DNA of 62,948 nucleotides, filler included, from Octopus bimaculoides (GCF_001194135.2; 5 parts of 5 records of this genome joined end to end with filler, not necessarily neighbours in it), one strand, 5' to 3'; counted from the first letter of the whole stretch, positions 1 to 13,610 are shown. Notes: generated by a model not told the origin, from the letters alone. Numbers and translations: made by a program.

Positions 1-69
1 TATATATATATGTATATGTATATATATATGTATATATATATGTATATGAACCATTAATTAGTATGCTAT

Positions 70-385
70 GTAGAGGCAATTGGACTAGTGGTTAGAGCAG
101 CAGACTCACGGTCGATGGATCATGGGTTCGAATCTAAGACTGGGCAATGTGTGTTTTTACGAGCGAAACATCTAAGCTCCACGTAGCGCCGGCAGAAGAT
201 AATGGCAAACTTCTGTTGACTCTTTCACCACTGCTTTCTCTCACTCTTTCCTCGGGCATCTAACAGCTTACCTGCAATGGACCAGTGTCTCATCCAGGTG
301 GGGAACCTTTACAACAGTGAAGCCGGGAAATTGGCCCTTATGAGCCAGGCATGGCTTGAGAAGGAACAAACAAACAAACAACAGC
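70..385 (+). mobile_element. tRNA-head SINE with (AAAC)n tail
   Basis: A-box-like GGACTAGTGGTTAGAG, B-box GGTTCGAATC, short-repeat tail. Confidence 0.75.
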
Positions 386-1104
386 AATTAGTATACTATA
401 AGTATTTAACATTTTATTCGGTCATCTTTAATTCTGTTTTTCTCTACTGGTATGCAATACAAAAATACATAATACATTGTTTTTCAGCCAGCTACCCTTC
501 CTGTTACTAACCCTTATCTGTTTTCCAAGTTGGGGGAATTTTTATTTATTCCACACCTGTTTGTGCAAATGTAAATCCTGCAAACAGTTTGATGACAGGA
601 GAAACGATGACAGTATTGCTGTTAAAAGCTATTCAAAATGTGATACCGAAATTTGGCTCTCATGATTTGTTTGCTGCACAATTGTCTTTGAACTCTGACA
701 ATAGAAAGTTAAAGAAGTGATTTTTTAAATTCTCAATCGCAGAATAATGCTAATAATATAACCTGAATAGGATAAACTACCCCTATTTTGCAGAGAAAAG
801 TGTAGGTGGCTAGCTGTGGACTCAAACTCACATCCCCGTGATTACATGTCATGATGCTTTGACCGATTAAGCTAAACTACCCACTACAAATTCCTCTGCA
901 AATTAAGATATATAAATCTCGCTTAATGAGACACTCTCATATGTTAAGTTCAAATTACGACAAACGTAAATAAACAAATGAAGTTTGCTTTTAGAAGCGT
1001 TGAGATGTCTTTTAGAAAGTTAAAGAAGTGATTTTTTAAATTCTCAATCGCAGAATAATGCTAATAATATAGCCTGAACAGGATAAACTACCCCTATTTC
1101 TAAA

Positions 1105-1432
1105 AGCCATTATTTCTACTGTGGGACTCGTCAATGTCTGTGGTCTTCCAGAATATTTGTTGTGGTTATTCTGAACATTTCCATCTATCTTCGTACTTAT
1201 CTCAAATTCGTTTCAAACTGGATCTGTTTGAAACTCCTTCCGAAACTGTCATTGAAATTTGACTGCACATTCAAACTTACAGTCAAACTTTAGGATAAAT
1301 TTCCATTCTTCAAAGATCAATCTGCTTCTCTTTATTACTTGCAATGGTTTAATTTTGGAAGGAAATGAAAATTTAGCAAGTTATCAGCTGTTAAGTTGTG
1401 TATACATTTTTTTTTGGGGGGGGGACACCCTG
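1105..1432 (-). mobile_element. Tc1/mariner 5' relic (DUF4817-type HTH transposase)
   Basis: TA-CAGGGTGTCC terminus and a decayed EWKFILK...QFRKEFQTDP...SGRP reading. Confidence 0.7.
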
Positions 1433-1440
1433 TATGTTTG

Positions 1441-1650
1441 TACACACACACACACACACACACATGTATGCACACACACATACACACACACATGTACACT
1501 TGCACAGGCACCCACACACACACATGCATACTTGCAAGGTCTCCCCCCCACACACACATAGGTAAGAAATAGAGAAAAGGAGGCATATATATCCTGTATA
1601 TCCACACACTCATATATATATGTATGTATATATGTATGCACGTGCGTGTT

Positions 1651-1698
<48 letters not shown>

Positions 1699-2000
1699 TA
1701 TATACGCACATGTATGTGTATATGTATACATGCACACATGTATATATCTATTACGTACATGTATATGTGTATATACATGCACACGTATATGTTATATATT
1801 GTATATAATATAAATTAACATATAATATTTATAAAATATATAAATATATATGTGTGTGTGTATGTATGTTCATTTATATCTATCTAACCATTTATTTATA
1901 TATTTTATATATATAAATTATATATATACATATATACATATATATATACATATATATATATACATATATATATACATATATATATATACATATATATATA
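1441..2000. repeat. Compound (CA)/(TA)/(TATG) microsatellite
   Basis: Seen directly. Similar blocks occur at 9172-9231, 33697-33860, 37035-37362, 42925-43150, 44211-44333, 55609-55730 and 56385-56945. Confidence 0.95.
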
Positions 2001-2433
2001 TGAGAATGAGAAAGAGGGAATATAATCAGAAGAAAAAGGAGGAGGGATGAAAGCTTACATCCCTATATCATACATATACATATATATTTGTAGGCGGAGC
2101 TCAGCATTGCTATCTTAGAAGAAAGTCTAACCAAAACTTGACAGCTAAAAACGTCTTAGTACTTTAAAGGTTTGGTCTGGAAGCAAGCAGGCAGGACTGC
2201 CTGCCGACCAGCCAGCCAACCAACCAATCACCAGACTTCCATTTTGGCTTGCTACTTAGTATTGAGTCATGAAGCTACACTTCTGGCATTTCTTCCACTT
2301 CTTCTTTCTTCTTCTTCTTCTGCTTCTTCCATTTCTTCTTACTCCCTCCTCCTCCTCCTCTTTCTCCATCTTCTGCTGCTGTTGTTTGGATAATGGCAAG
2401 AAGGAGGAGGTGGGTGTCTTTTATAGGTTTTCC

Positions 2434-2533
2434 NNNNNNNNNNNNNNNNNNNNNNNNNNNNNNNNNNNNNNNNNNNNTTAATTAATTAANNNNNNNNNNN
2501 NNNNNNNNNNNNNNNNNNNNNNNNNNNNNNNNN
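2434..2533. other. Scaffold join (44 N + TTAATTAATTAA + 44 N)
   Basis: The identical 100-bp construct also occurs at 33887-33986, 44777-44876 and 52285-52384. Confidence 0.95.
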
Positions 2534-3053
2534 GAATCAAATGCAGCAAATGGTGGAATTGACACTGTTGTTGAAGCAGCTGAAAAATAGCCACTAGAAT
2601 CGCCTTCAACTTGTCGAGCACTAAACAGTTTTAACAGAGCGTCCATATCTCTCTGATGTTGTTGCATTTGCTTGTCCATTTGTTCCCTAAACAATTTAAT
2701 AAGTTCTACTGTCTGTTTTTCAGCCATTGTTATTACGATGAATAATTTTACAGTAAAGTAAGCATGTATCCTACTGGCGACGCCAATAAACTCTGTTGTA
2801 TTTCCTTCGGAAGACTCGCAGAGATAACACAATGAGTTGTACAATTTAATTATTACATTTATTATTCAATTACATACAAAGAACGCACTCACCTAAAGTT
2901 CGTTATGAATAAACAAGAATCATGTCCGCCATATCTATCAATGACATTTTACTACGACAGTCACACAAGACAACAATGAAACAATGAACTCAGACGAACC
3001 ACAGTGACACACGGAACGTCAGACGAATAACATATCCAATAGTCCATATAACA
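2534..3053 (-). mobile_element. Ty3/gypsy-like LTR retrotransposon 5' end: LTR 2794-3053, PBS 2769-2785, gag start 2727
   Basis: TGTT...AACA 260-bp LTR, PBS TGGCGTCGCCAGTAGGA, gag-like MAEKQTVELI...IPPFAAFD running into a gap. Confidence 0.8.
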
Positions 3054-3474
3054 CTAGCTACTATTTCTAGGAGGTTGAATGACTATGTTGAGGCTCCCTT
3101 GTTAATTTATGAAATAAATGGTTGTTCATGTTAGTAGGAGACATGTTGCTTATTTTTGGTTTATAACAAAATAAAGTGTTGTACGGTTATAACTGAACAA
3201 ATTATTATAAGCTTCTTGACAATTTTTAGTTTCTATCTACTATAACTCTACAATCCCAAACTATCAAAGCATCAGTCCATAAACTTGACAAAACTTGACT
3301 TTCTTTTGTAAGCTACCAAACAATAGATATTTAGATATTCTATTGGTAGATTATTACACAGATTCCCCAGTTACTTAATGGCAGCTAATTAGGCTGAATG
3401 AAAGAGAGCTCTAGGATAGAGTCCTACACAAGTGATAGATGGAAAATTAAATGAAAACATTTCAAAGTGTTTAC

Positions 3475-3643
3475 CTATGTTGAGCGATAACAGTGCCATG
3501 GTTGAATTCATCAGTTAAGAAAGAGCAGAAAGCAAATGTAGGTCTTCCTTGCCGCAGATAATATGTAAAGTCAATGTCTTCATGTTGAGCATATTTAGAA
3601 ACCAGCTCAGGTAAAGAGAAGTGAGGCATCACTTTCAAATTTT
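3475..3643 (-). CDS. spg11: Spatacsin exon (NLKVMPHFSLPELVSKYA...YYLRQGRPTFAF...AQH), last one found in the window
   Basis: Resembles human LPHFSSPDLVNKYA...YYLHNGRPSFAF. Phase 1 to 2. The gene must continue beyond the join at 2434-2533. Confidence 0.95.
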
Positions 3644-4351
3644 CTGCAAGAAGAAATCAAAATTAAGCGTAAGAATAATTGTATCAGGAAATCTGTCTCA
3701 AAAGAAGCTAGAATTAAGACGGGAGAAATATTTTGTATAAAGTTTGAAAATTAAAGACAATACTCGCTTCCACTTCAATTTGTTCTTGTACATGCTAGAT
3801 GAATTGAGGATCTTTGTTCATAAGGACATGAAATTTGTAAATGACAATAATATTTGGATTGATTAAATTTGGAAATTTGGAAATAGGAAGGAAAGATCAA
3901 ATCTCAGTTTTTACCCATGTTCATAAGAAGACATATACAAGGAACAAAAGAAACTGAATATATTTTATATTGACGAAAATTCTAGTTTAAGTCAATAATT
4001 TAATAAAAATTAATTTCTGAGCATAGTCACTGAAATAGTTAGCAAAAAGGTAAACGAAAATAATAATAATGGAGTCAATTCAAAGAAATGTTTCACAACT
4101 ATTTTATTTCTGATGTCAAGGGATCCTCTCACTGAAATGCTCTTACATCATCTTCAATGGGGACAGTCCATCATCATCATTATTACTATCCTTGTGCAGT
4201 GGCTTTCTTCCACTTTCTGTCAACCAAATGATTCATAAGGCCTTGGTCAGCCTCAGGATGCAGTAAAAATATTAGCCTAAAGTGCTAAGCAGCAAGATTG
4301 AACCTGAAATTCAGCAAAATGCATTTCACTGAATCAGTCATAAATACATAT

Positions 4352-4404
<53 letters not shown>

Positions 4405-4489
4405 TGACAGTTAGGATTTAGCCAAACCATCTAGTGATGGAGTAGTCATAACTGATGAGCTTGTAATTTTCAGGTGAAACTAGTCTTGA

Positions 4490-5237
4490 AACTAGATTTG
4501 TGATCGAAACCTTTGGAAATATGCTGTGCGTGAGAAGACCCAGCAAGCCAAGTGAGACCAAAATCCAAGGCCTCTGCCAGAGATGTAGTCAGCCCACTTA
4601 TGCGTAACATTCCTTCATTGGACACTAAACTCCGCTTGCGAAGACCTGTTGAGGCAAGTGAAATCGAAATCGAACTAAATTTGTAGACTGGCACCCATGC
4701 CAACGTCTCTTTCATTGAACACTAAACTCGGCTTGCGAAGACCTGTTGGGGCAAGCGAAAGCGAAATCGTGATGGCACCTGTACCAGTGGAGCAATAAGA
4801 GCACCTTCCGAGTATGATCGTTTGCCAGAGCAGCTGTCTGGCTTCCGTGCAGGTGGCACATAAATAGCACCATTTGAGCGTGATCATTACTAACATCGCC
4901 TTCCTGGCACTTGTGCCAGTGGCACGTGAAAAGACATTCGAGTGAGATCGTTGCCAGTGCTACTGGACTGGATCCTGTGCAGGTGGCACATAAAATACAC
5001 CATTACAAGCGTGGCCATTGCTAGTACCGCCTGACTGGCCTTCGTGCTGGTGGCATGTAAAAGCACCCACTACACTCTCGGAGTGGTTGGTGTTAGGAAG
5101 GGCATCCAGCTGTAGAAACTCTGCCAAATCAGAATGAAGCGTTGTGTAGCCACCTGGTTCACCAGTCCTCAGTCAAATCGTCCAACCCATGCTAGCATGG
5201 AAAGCGAACCTGAACGATGATGATGATGATGATGATG
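4490..5237 (+). mobile_element. RTE-clade LINE 3' end with subrepeat-rich 3' UTR and (GAT)n tail
   Basis: ...LWKYAVREKTQQAK* followed by the UTR and tail shared with 46413-47168. Confidence 0.8.
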
Positions 5238-5238
5238 A

Positions 5239-5937
5239 AAAAAACTTTGACCAAGATTGAAAATTTAACAGAATAAATGACAGATGGTTATGTGCAGATC
5301 CTTCTAAAGTTCCAAGTGCTATTGATACAAAATTTCCTGCACCTGTCATGATTTTACGAGTTGTCAGCAATGAAGGATATGTGATGCCTCCTTACTTCTT
5401 TCCACAAGGCCTTAGAGTTAACTCTGCCACCTACATTGAGGTCCTGGAAAAAATTTTAAGCCCTGGATAGACAGTGTATGCAATGGAAGGCCATATGTGC
5501 TTCAGTAAAACTCTGTACTATCACACATGGCTCTAGTAACGCAAAAATGGATGGCTGAAAATTTTCATGATCATTTAACCCCTAACATTTGGCCTCCTAA
5601 TTCCCCAGATTTCAACCCATTGGACTATTACATGTGAAGCTTTGTTGAGAGAGAGGTCAATGAACACGCCCATAACACCAAAGATTCTTTGAAAACTACC
5701 ATAGTCAGAGTAATGCCCAAAATGAACCAGGACCACTTGATTTGAGCATGTAGATGATTTAGATTTTATATAGAAGCAGTTGTTGAAGCTGAAGGTGGCT
5801 TTATTGAATAACATTATAGAAAAGGTCTATTTTAATCATCATAGCATTTTTTGATAAATAAAGTTATTATCTGTTATTATATATCTGTTTTTTTTTTTAT
5901 AAATATAAATCTGTCCTCAAATATTTTACGCACCCTG
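5239..5937 (+). mobile_element. maT (DD37D) transposase relic, 3' half with right TIR
   Basis: VSNEG.VMPP.FF, KPWID, WPPNSPDFNPLDY with 37 residues between the D2 position (now N) and D3. Ends ...CACCCTG-TA. Confidence 0.9.
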
Positions 5938-6329
5938 TATATAATAATACTTTGAATGTGGCAACCGAGAAACAGTTAAAGTAATTACTGGATCAACGAC
6001 AGGTATTACTGCTAGTACATGATAAAGGAAGTTTTTAGTCATGGCATGTAACTTCTCTAGTGTCAGGGATGTCATAAAATGCATTCAATGCATGAGGTAG
6101 AAAAGCTAGCAAGAGGAAGGGCAGCTTATCATAGAAAAAACCCCCAGAAAACATGACATACACAGCATCAATGTGTATCAAATGATGAGGAACTACAAGG
6201 AGTGGGTCACTGTACTGGAACAAACCTGCTCAACCATGACAACATTGAGGAAACAAATGTAAAATAAAGAGCATCATGAGAAAGAGGGAGAGAGAATCAG
6301 ATGAAAAATATGATAATATAAAGATTTAC

Positions 6330-6396
6330 CTTCAACCACTGATGTATTTGTATTCTGCCATCCATACAACCAGGCAGGATCAAATGGAGTGTTTCC
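6330..6396 (-). CDS. spg11: Spatacsin exon (GNTPFDPAWLYGWQNTNTSVVE)
   Basis: Resembles human SPFDPSRLFGWQSAN. Phase 0 to 1. Confidence 0.92.
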
Positions 6397-6524
6397 CTTT
6401 AACAGAACAACAAAGCCACAGATTAGCTCACTGTCACATAAATTAATCACTTACTTTGCTCATCTGCTCATATCACATCTGTTTTTCTATGCTAGCATGG
6501 ATTAAACAAATATATATTGTTGAG

Positions 6525-6655
6525 GGGAGGGCATCCAGTTGTAGAAACCCTGCCAAATCAGATTGAAACCTGGTGAAGCTCCCCAGCTTACCAGTTTTCA
6601 ATCAAACCATCCAACCCATGCCAGCATGGAAAACAGATGTTAAGTGATGATGATA
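6525..6655 (+). mobile_element. RTE LINE/SINE 3' tail fragment
   Basis: GGGCATCCAG...CCATGCCAGCATGGAAAA...GATGAT. Confidence 0.7.
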
Positions 6656-7039
6656 GTGAGAGCCTTCACATTTGATGTACTAAGTCAAGAAATATTAATT
6701 CATTAAAATTATTAGTATATATCATTATCTAAATGTTTTTTGTTCAAAAAGGTAAGGAGATTAAGATTTAAGTTTTCCCATACTGTGAAATTATATCAGT
6801 GTGGTCAATCTGTCTTAGTTCTTTCCACTCTTGTTCAATTGGTCTTTATGTATATGATGTCTTGCTACAATGTCTGGTGCCTGGTGTTCTTAGGGCAGCC
6901 TATTTTCTATTTTCCTTTTTCTAGTGTCTACATCACTGCAATCTTTATACACTTATAGGTTGGCCAGAACAAAATCCATTCACCAGGTGAAACCAACATA
7001 TCATCATGATGTTTTGAGCGGCTGAGATTTACATTGTAG

Positions 7040-7215
7040 GAAGACTTTGTCATTTGTGTTGGTGGAATGTGTCTTAGCTTCTTGGTTACTTTTGCTACTG
7101 TTTTCCATGTTCCACTACCATACAGAACTACTGGCAGAACTATTGCATTATATAGCTAGACCTTCATCTCAGTGTTGATGTATGTTATTACCCAGACTTG
7201 GCAAATGAACTGAAA
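7040..7215 (-). mobile_element. RTE-clade RT C-terminal relic
   Basis: Decayed Y.AIVLPVVLYGSGTWK..TKKL motif. Confidence 0.65.
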
Positions 7216-9168
7216 TATATTTTTTCTATTTGCTCAGTAGAAAACCTTTGTAAACCAACAACCACAAAAAAAGGTATAAGCAATAAAGAAATTCCTGGGG
7301 AGGAAGGACTGGGTATTAATGATTGGTGCAAGGTCTGAGGAGACACTGAGCACATCAAGGATGATAAAAGAAGGAGAGATGAGAAAGATTGAAATGCCTG
7401 AATGGATATGGCAAGAGTCCAGCCAGCTCTGAGCAGTAGAAACCATTATAATAGTGGAAGGAAACATTGAGAAAAGAGACAGTATGATTGTGAGCCAGAG
7501 TCTGGAGTGTGCCGGTGAATGACTTTATGGCTCTTTTCTAGATGTGATCAAGGATAAGAGTTGGGAAGAATAAAACCAAACCTTGGAGCATGCTGGAGTT
7601 GATAAAATGAATGATAGAAATAATTTTATCAACACATGCAGCAACAGTGTGATCTGATGAGAAGCAACCAATTAAAAGATGAAAGATGGGTGGATCCCAT
7701 AAGTAGAAAATTTCAACAGGAGATTCACATGTCAGACATATTTGAAAGTTTTGCTGGTAATGAGGAAGACAACACTGCTTTCACTAAAATCCTCAAAAGC
7801 ATGAAACTACTGGTAGCTGACAACAGAGAGGCCATCAGTAGATCTAGTTTCATGGAAATTGTGCTGATACTCATTAAGGGGTGAGAGAATATCATTACTA
7901 ATTGTTGTTTCCATTATTTTCAAAATATACATTAAGAACATGGATTCTTCCTTGCCACATATCAGATTCTAGATTTCCATCATTACTGATCACACAGCCA
8001 CTTTAAGAGAAATTATCTACAACTTTCACAACCTGCTTCCCAATGAAAATGGACAGTTGTGTGGTGGCATTAATCTGTAACCGTTGCTCTTTTTACAAGT
8101 AATTCTGAGTTTGATCTTTCTCACTTGTTCTTTGAGTGTGGTAGTTAGTTATTGCAGTCAAGCTCATTTCTGCTAGCAGAAGCAAAAGCCAGACTATAAG
8201 GTTTTTCCATTATCCTCCATTGCAGTCTTGCAGAATACTCCTATTGGTTACCTTCTTTTAAATTATAACCACCACTAAATTTTAATTTATTAAAATTAAT
8301 TTGGTATGCAGTAAAGAATGAGTTTGATCTATGACAACTCTAGGCAAGTTTTGGTCATATTAGATTTCATAAACAAATGATAGTGGAAACATAACTTCTC
8401 GATCTTAGAAAGAGAGAGAGAGATAGAGTTTTTTGTAAATAAACATTGAGTGATGTGTGAAGCCTAATTGTTAGGGTGAAAGTTTCACAATTATAAGGTC
8501 ATGAGCTTTATTCCTAGATGAGGCAGTATGTTGTGTCTATATGGAAAACAGTTCATTCCATATTGCTTAGTTGAATAGAGTACCATTTGGGTGCTAGTAC
8601 AGCCCTACTTTGCCTAAGCTATCCTGGAGATTTCCACTAGGTTAAGGATGAGTGAGTCAAAAGTTTCTAAAACAACTTGTAAAAGTATGGTACATGCTAC
8701 CAAGTCACACTTGATTGCAAGTGACAACGATGTTTTTTTTTTTTTGTTTTCTTTTGTATATTGACTTATAAGCATGGAAGGAAAAATACTGAGGGATAAC
8801 TGTGGCACAAAAATATAAAACTGATATGTACACTAGCACATTTGCTGTAGTAAGCTAGGAAATTTGAATTAAAATGAGTCCTTTAATAATGAGAAATCAA
8901 TCTAAATGATTCACTTGGGTCAAAAAAAAAAAAAGTGGGTAAACTTTAAAAAAAAATTTGAATTGTATTTTGGTTATAATTAATAACAAATTTCATTGTT
9001 GTCTCCTCTGCCTATATTTTCTTGTCCAGAATCAATCATTTAGTGATTTGTTCTTGTCTTTGTTCAATTTTAAATGATTACAATTTCCTGGCTATTTACA
9101 TCAAGTATGCTGGTGTACACGTTACAATTAAATTTGCATGCAGCATTCTTGGATATTTCTCTCAAGTC

Positions 9169-9233
<65 letters not shown>

Positions 9234-9729
9234 ACAAGCAAGTGTTTGTGTGTGCATACATGTCTGTATATAAAAAAGGAAGAATAAACAATGATTCCTG
9301 CTCTTTTTAAACAAGTTTTAATTCAAAGCACAGTTCCATCTGCAATAAACCAGCCTTCTGACAATAACTATCTTTCATCTCATTAACTGTTTATGTAAAT
9401 AACAAAAGTGAGTTTACTTGGACTTGTCAACTTAGTATCAACCAACAGGACCCAATCAATAACAAATCATCACAAAATCCACATAACACTACACTGTTTC
9501 TTGTTACGCATACTTAAAACTCCAAAAGTCTTCAAATATCTCATAACCACTCATACCAGTCATACCACTCATACCAGTCATACCAGTCATACCAGTCATG
9601 TAGTGTCCACACAGCCAAACCTTTATTGTATAGAGTTGGTGTTCTTTTTAAAACTGTCAAATAATTTTAATCGGTTGTTGACCTTTGAATAAGTTGAAAT
9701 CTACCCAACATTAGAAGACTATCCATGTA

Positions 9730-11802
9730 TCTATACTATAAAAGGCAAATTTTCTCTGAGTGTGTGTGTATGTTTAAAATTCATACATTTACACAATTCC
9801 AAATTTCTTCAATTAAACAATCGCAATTAATATTCTAAATACAATTTGTTAGGTCACTGCGTCATTTTTTTCACTCCAAAAATTTCCTAATAATGAATAA
9901 AATCCATAAAACTATGGAAGTAAACATTTTCTCCCTACTAAAATCTAATTTCCTCTTTCTAATACAAATCCTTTCAACTCCTACTTTCTCTCATGAACCT
10001 TTACGAAAACTCCAACAACAAATACAAAAAGAAAGGAAGGAGAAAAAGAAAACTATCAAAACTGAAACAATCACATTTCGATACTGTAATGACAGATACT
10101 AAAACTACATACAAAATTAATTTGCCCCTCTAAAATTNNNNNNNNNNNNNNNNNNNNNNNNNNNNNNNNNNNNNNNNNNNNNNNNNNNNNNNNNNNNNNN
10201 NNNNNNNNNNNNNNNNNNNNNNNNNNNNNNNNNNNNNNNNNNNNNNNNNNNNNNNNNNNNNNNNNNNNNNNNNNNNNNNNNNNNNNNNNNNNNNNNNNNN
10301 NNNNNNNNNNNNNNNNNNNNNNNNNNNNNNNNNNNNNNNNNNNNNNNNNNNNNNNNNNNNNNNNNNNNNNNNNNNNNNNNNNNNNNNNNNNNNNNNNNNN
10401 NNNNNNNNNNNNNNNNNNNNNNNNNNNNNNNNNNNNNNNNNNNNNNNNNNNNNNNNNNNNNNNNNNNNNNNNNNNNNNNNNNNNNNNNNNNNNNNNNNNN
10501 NNNNNNNNNNNNNNNNNNNNNNNNNNNNNNNNNNNNNNNNNNNNNNNNNNNNNNTTATTATTATTATTATTTATTTATTATTATTATTATTATTTTTAAT
10601 TTTTCCCACAACGGCGGCTTCGGGCAGGTGGAGAATAGTCGATTATATTGACCCCTTTGTTCAACTGGTACTTATGTTTTAGACCCCGAAAGGATGAAAG
10701 GCAAAGTCAACTTCGGCGGAATTTGAACTCACACACTCATACATACAAATATCTGTCATTCTCTTCCAAATATGATCGACAGACAAACATTTATTCCTTA
10801 CAAACTGAATTTTTTTAATATCTTTCTTAAAACGCATTTACTTACTACCATATATAGACACAGAATACACATTAATACATACATACATACAAATACCTGT
10901 CATTTTTTTTATTTAGTGTGTGTGTGTCTTGCCCATCTTAATATATAATGCTGAAGTTCTGTACTTACTAATATTTTTTTATTTAGTGTGTATGTGTGTG
11001 TGTGTTGCCCATATATATATACACTTAAGACTTAGTTGTGGGTTGATCTGCACAGGTCATTATTATTATTATTCAGATTAACACCCACACGATTTTCACT
11101 AGGGTGTTAGGGTTACGGTTTTTGGGTCAGGGTTATGGTTTTAGGGTTACGATGAGGGTTAGTCTTACGGTTACGGTTTTAGGGTTAGGGTTATGTAATC
11201 GTGCGGGTGTTAATCTGAAAAATCACCGAAATGTGAAAACTACCGACCCTCCCATCTGTTATAACTTTTGTTGTTCTGTTGAATATGTACATAGATTATG
11301 CATCCAAACAAGAGAGCTTGCTGGGGAAAGAAACCAACCGGTTTAAAAAGACAGCAATAGACTGCAGCAATTCACCACATTCCAGAAGTTACTTTGAACA
11401 TAATGCAAAACGGTGCATCATCATCTACTGCCCAATCTGATAGAATTCTGGCAGAACTGTGTAGCAACAGATCGCCAGCAATTGCTTCATCGGAAATTGC
11501 CGTCCTACCTCCTGCGAAAAGGAATTACCCTGCTATGTATAATCAAGGCAGCGCAAAAAGTTGTTTTGCACAAGCATTTGTATAGCCAATTAGACGGATG
11601 AAATTTACGTACACTTAATAATGTTACGCAAAACAGCCTTCAGACTTTCCCTATTAATTTCGTCTTTTGAATTATGAACATATTTACATCATAAGGGTTT
11701 TTTCATTGTAAGGCTTTCTTTTTTAGTTGATTTTCACCTAGCAAGACTTATCGTAGATGGCGTAATAAGTCACACCCGGACAACGTCGGGTTATACTGCT
11801 AG
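9730..11802 (+). mobile_element. Non-autonomous Helitron
   Basis: A|TCTATACTATAAAAGGC 5' end, hairpin ACCCGGACAACGTCGGGT at 11774-11791, CTAG|T 3' end, no TSD. Confidence 0.8.
10605..10730 (-). mobile_element. SINE with Deu/Nin-like core nested in the Helitron
   Basis: GCCTTTCATCCTTTCGGGGTC...GTACCAGTT core on the minus strand. Confidence 0.75.
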
Positions 11803-12244
11803 TACAGAATAAAAGAAGAATAAGATCCACCTTTTCTATTGTCAATACAAGCACACACGACAGCAACTATAAGTTGATGTTTGAGGTACAACATTTCAGT
11901 CATCACATGTCAAACTACTGCACAACTTGCTGTGTCCTTCCATCCATTCAAACAGTACTGTAGTAGTCTCTTCTCTCAGTTTGTGAATTGTATGTCACTT
12001 TCACCTAAATCTACTTATGACAATCACCCCTTATTCTATAATTAAAATGCTAACTTTCTACCCATAATTTGACCATCATTCTTATGTAGAACCACATTTC
12101 TTTCACAATATTACACTTTCCAAGTTTTTACTTTCAACTGTTAACATGTCACCTTGTTATCTCTAACTGTTTGACTGTGATTCTGAATGAACACAACAAC
12201 TCCTTTGTTTAACAAATATGTAAAATATTAGTTCGGTTACTTAC

Positions 12245-12403
12245 TTTCATTAACTGGTAAACTGTGATATCATATTGGCAAACTTTCTTCACTGAAGTTG
12301 GAAATAAGGCATCATGTAGCCGAGGGTAGTGAAGTAGGCTATCTTCAAGAAGATTCATGTCGATTCCTTGGAATATATCAGGAACAGTGGAGCTGGCAGT
12401 CAT
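12245..12403 (-). CDS. spg11: Spatacsin exon (MTASS...IDMNLLEDSLLHYPRLHDALFP...DITVYQLMK)
   Basis: Resembles human VDPQLLKMALTPYPKLKTALFP...DITIYHLIQ. Phase 0/0. Confidence 0.95.
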
Positions 12404-12599
12404 CTGAAAAATGTTATTACAGAGAACAAAGTGCATATAGAATTAGATTCCCTTCAACGTATAAAGACGATAAACGTCACCCTTTCAAAGCCTAGCCAGG
12501 CTCATGGGCCTGGTTTCCCGGTTTCTATGGCGTATGTGCTTCCCCCAGCTGGACAGGATGCCAGTCCATCGCAGTGTTACTCAAGAAACAGGAAGAAAG

Positions 12600-13610
12600 A
12601 GTGAGAGAAAGTTGGGGCGAAAGAGTACAACAGTTATCTCTGAGACGAGCAAAAGGACAGTGTCTAAGGCCCTCTTGCAGACCATCTCGAGCACAAATGG
12701 CATCAACCACATTATTACAGATAATGACTTTAATGGTCATGTTGGCTAGCACAATGATTGCTGTTGCAGCATACATGGAGGCTACGGAAATAGTACATGA
12801 AATGTCAATTGATCAAGGCTCTAAGAATTTTTTGTGATGCAAAATGATCTAACCATCTGTAACACTAACTTCAGAAAAAAACTAACCAATCATTTGATCA
12901 CCTTCTAATCAGGCAAATACACAAGTCAGATACTTTTAATAGCCATGAGGAAATGGAGTAGACAAATGATTGCAACTAGAATGTCTTCCCCAAGATAAAT
13001 GTACCATCCCACATGGAATAGTGATTAGTGAGTTCAGAGTAACAGCTCAAAGACACAAGTCCACCTGGAAGAGGAAAGTGCAGAAACTGAAAGAACCCTT
13101 TGATAAGCTTAAGTTCAGAGAGGTCTTGGTGATACATATGGTAAGAAAGATTGGATGGAAACCACTAATATAGAAGACAGCAGTGCACTAATCATCACCA
13201 ATCTTGAAAAAGGTTCGGAAATGTTACTACAAGAAATTATTGAACAAGAAGAATGTATGAGAGAAGAAAGGGCAATCCCAAATAGATCCCACAGAGAAAC
13301 CAGTTACTGAAGTTGACAGTTATATAGTCAAAAGTTCAGATGCAGACTTGAAAACAGGGAAAGCAGCAAGATCATTGGATATGTCAATGAGACGCTGGAA
13401 TTATTTGGTGATGTAAGGCTCAACCTTGTCACTCACATAGTCAACTAGGGAGTACAGAAAGGTGTCAAATCCAATAATTGCTAAAAAAGGCTGATCTCAA
13501 GAGGCTTCATCTATCATATGCTGAATGTCTTGCTTCCCTGGGCATGGACACATTAAAGCTCTGACGTCTGGCAACTGATTTGGTAGACTCCCACAAGATC
13601 ATCCAACACC
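12600..13610 (+). mobile_element. RTE LINE endonuclease-region relic
   Basis: DFNGHVG, HGGYG, ICNTNFRK, HLITF motifs, with stops and frameshifts. Confidence 0.8.

Noticed and set aside
70-145. tRNA-like sequences at SINE heads and at 15650-15681
   Set aside because: None forms a complete cloverleaf. They are SINE promoters and a PBS, not tRNA genes.
1259-2050. ORFs rich in YI/CV/HT repeats (also around 37069-37386, 48133-48444, 56331-57062)
   Set aside because: They are translations of dinucleotide and tetranucleotide microsatellites.
2478-2489. TTAATTAATTAA palindrome recurring four times
   Set aside because: It is always centred in exactly 100 bp of N, so it is an assembly linker with stops in all frames.
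7636-7884. 82-aa plus-strand ORF
   Set aside because: No recognisable motif or splice support. It lies among LINE relics, antisense in an intron.
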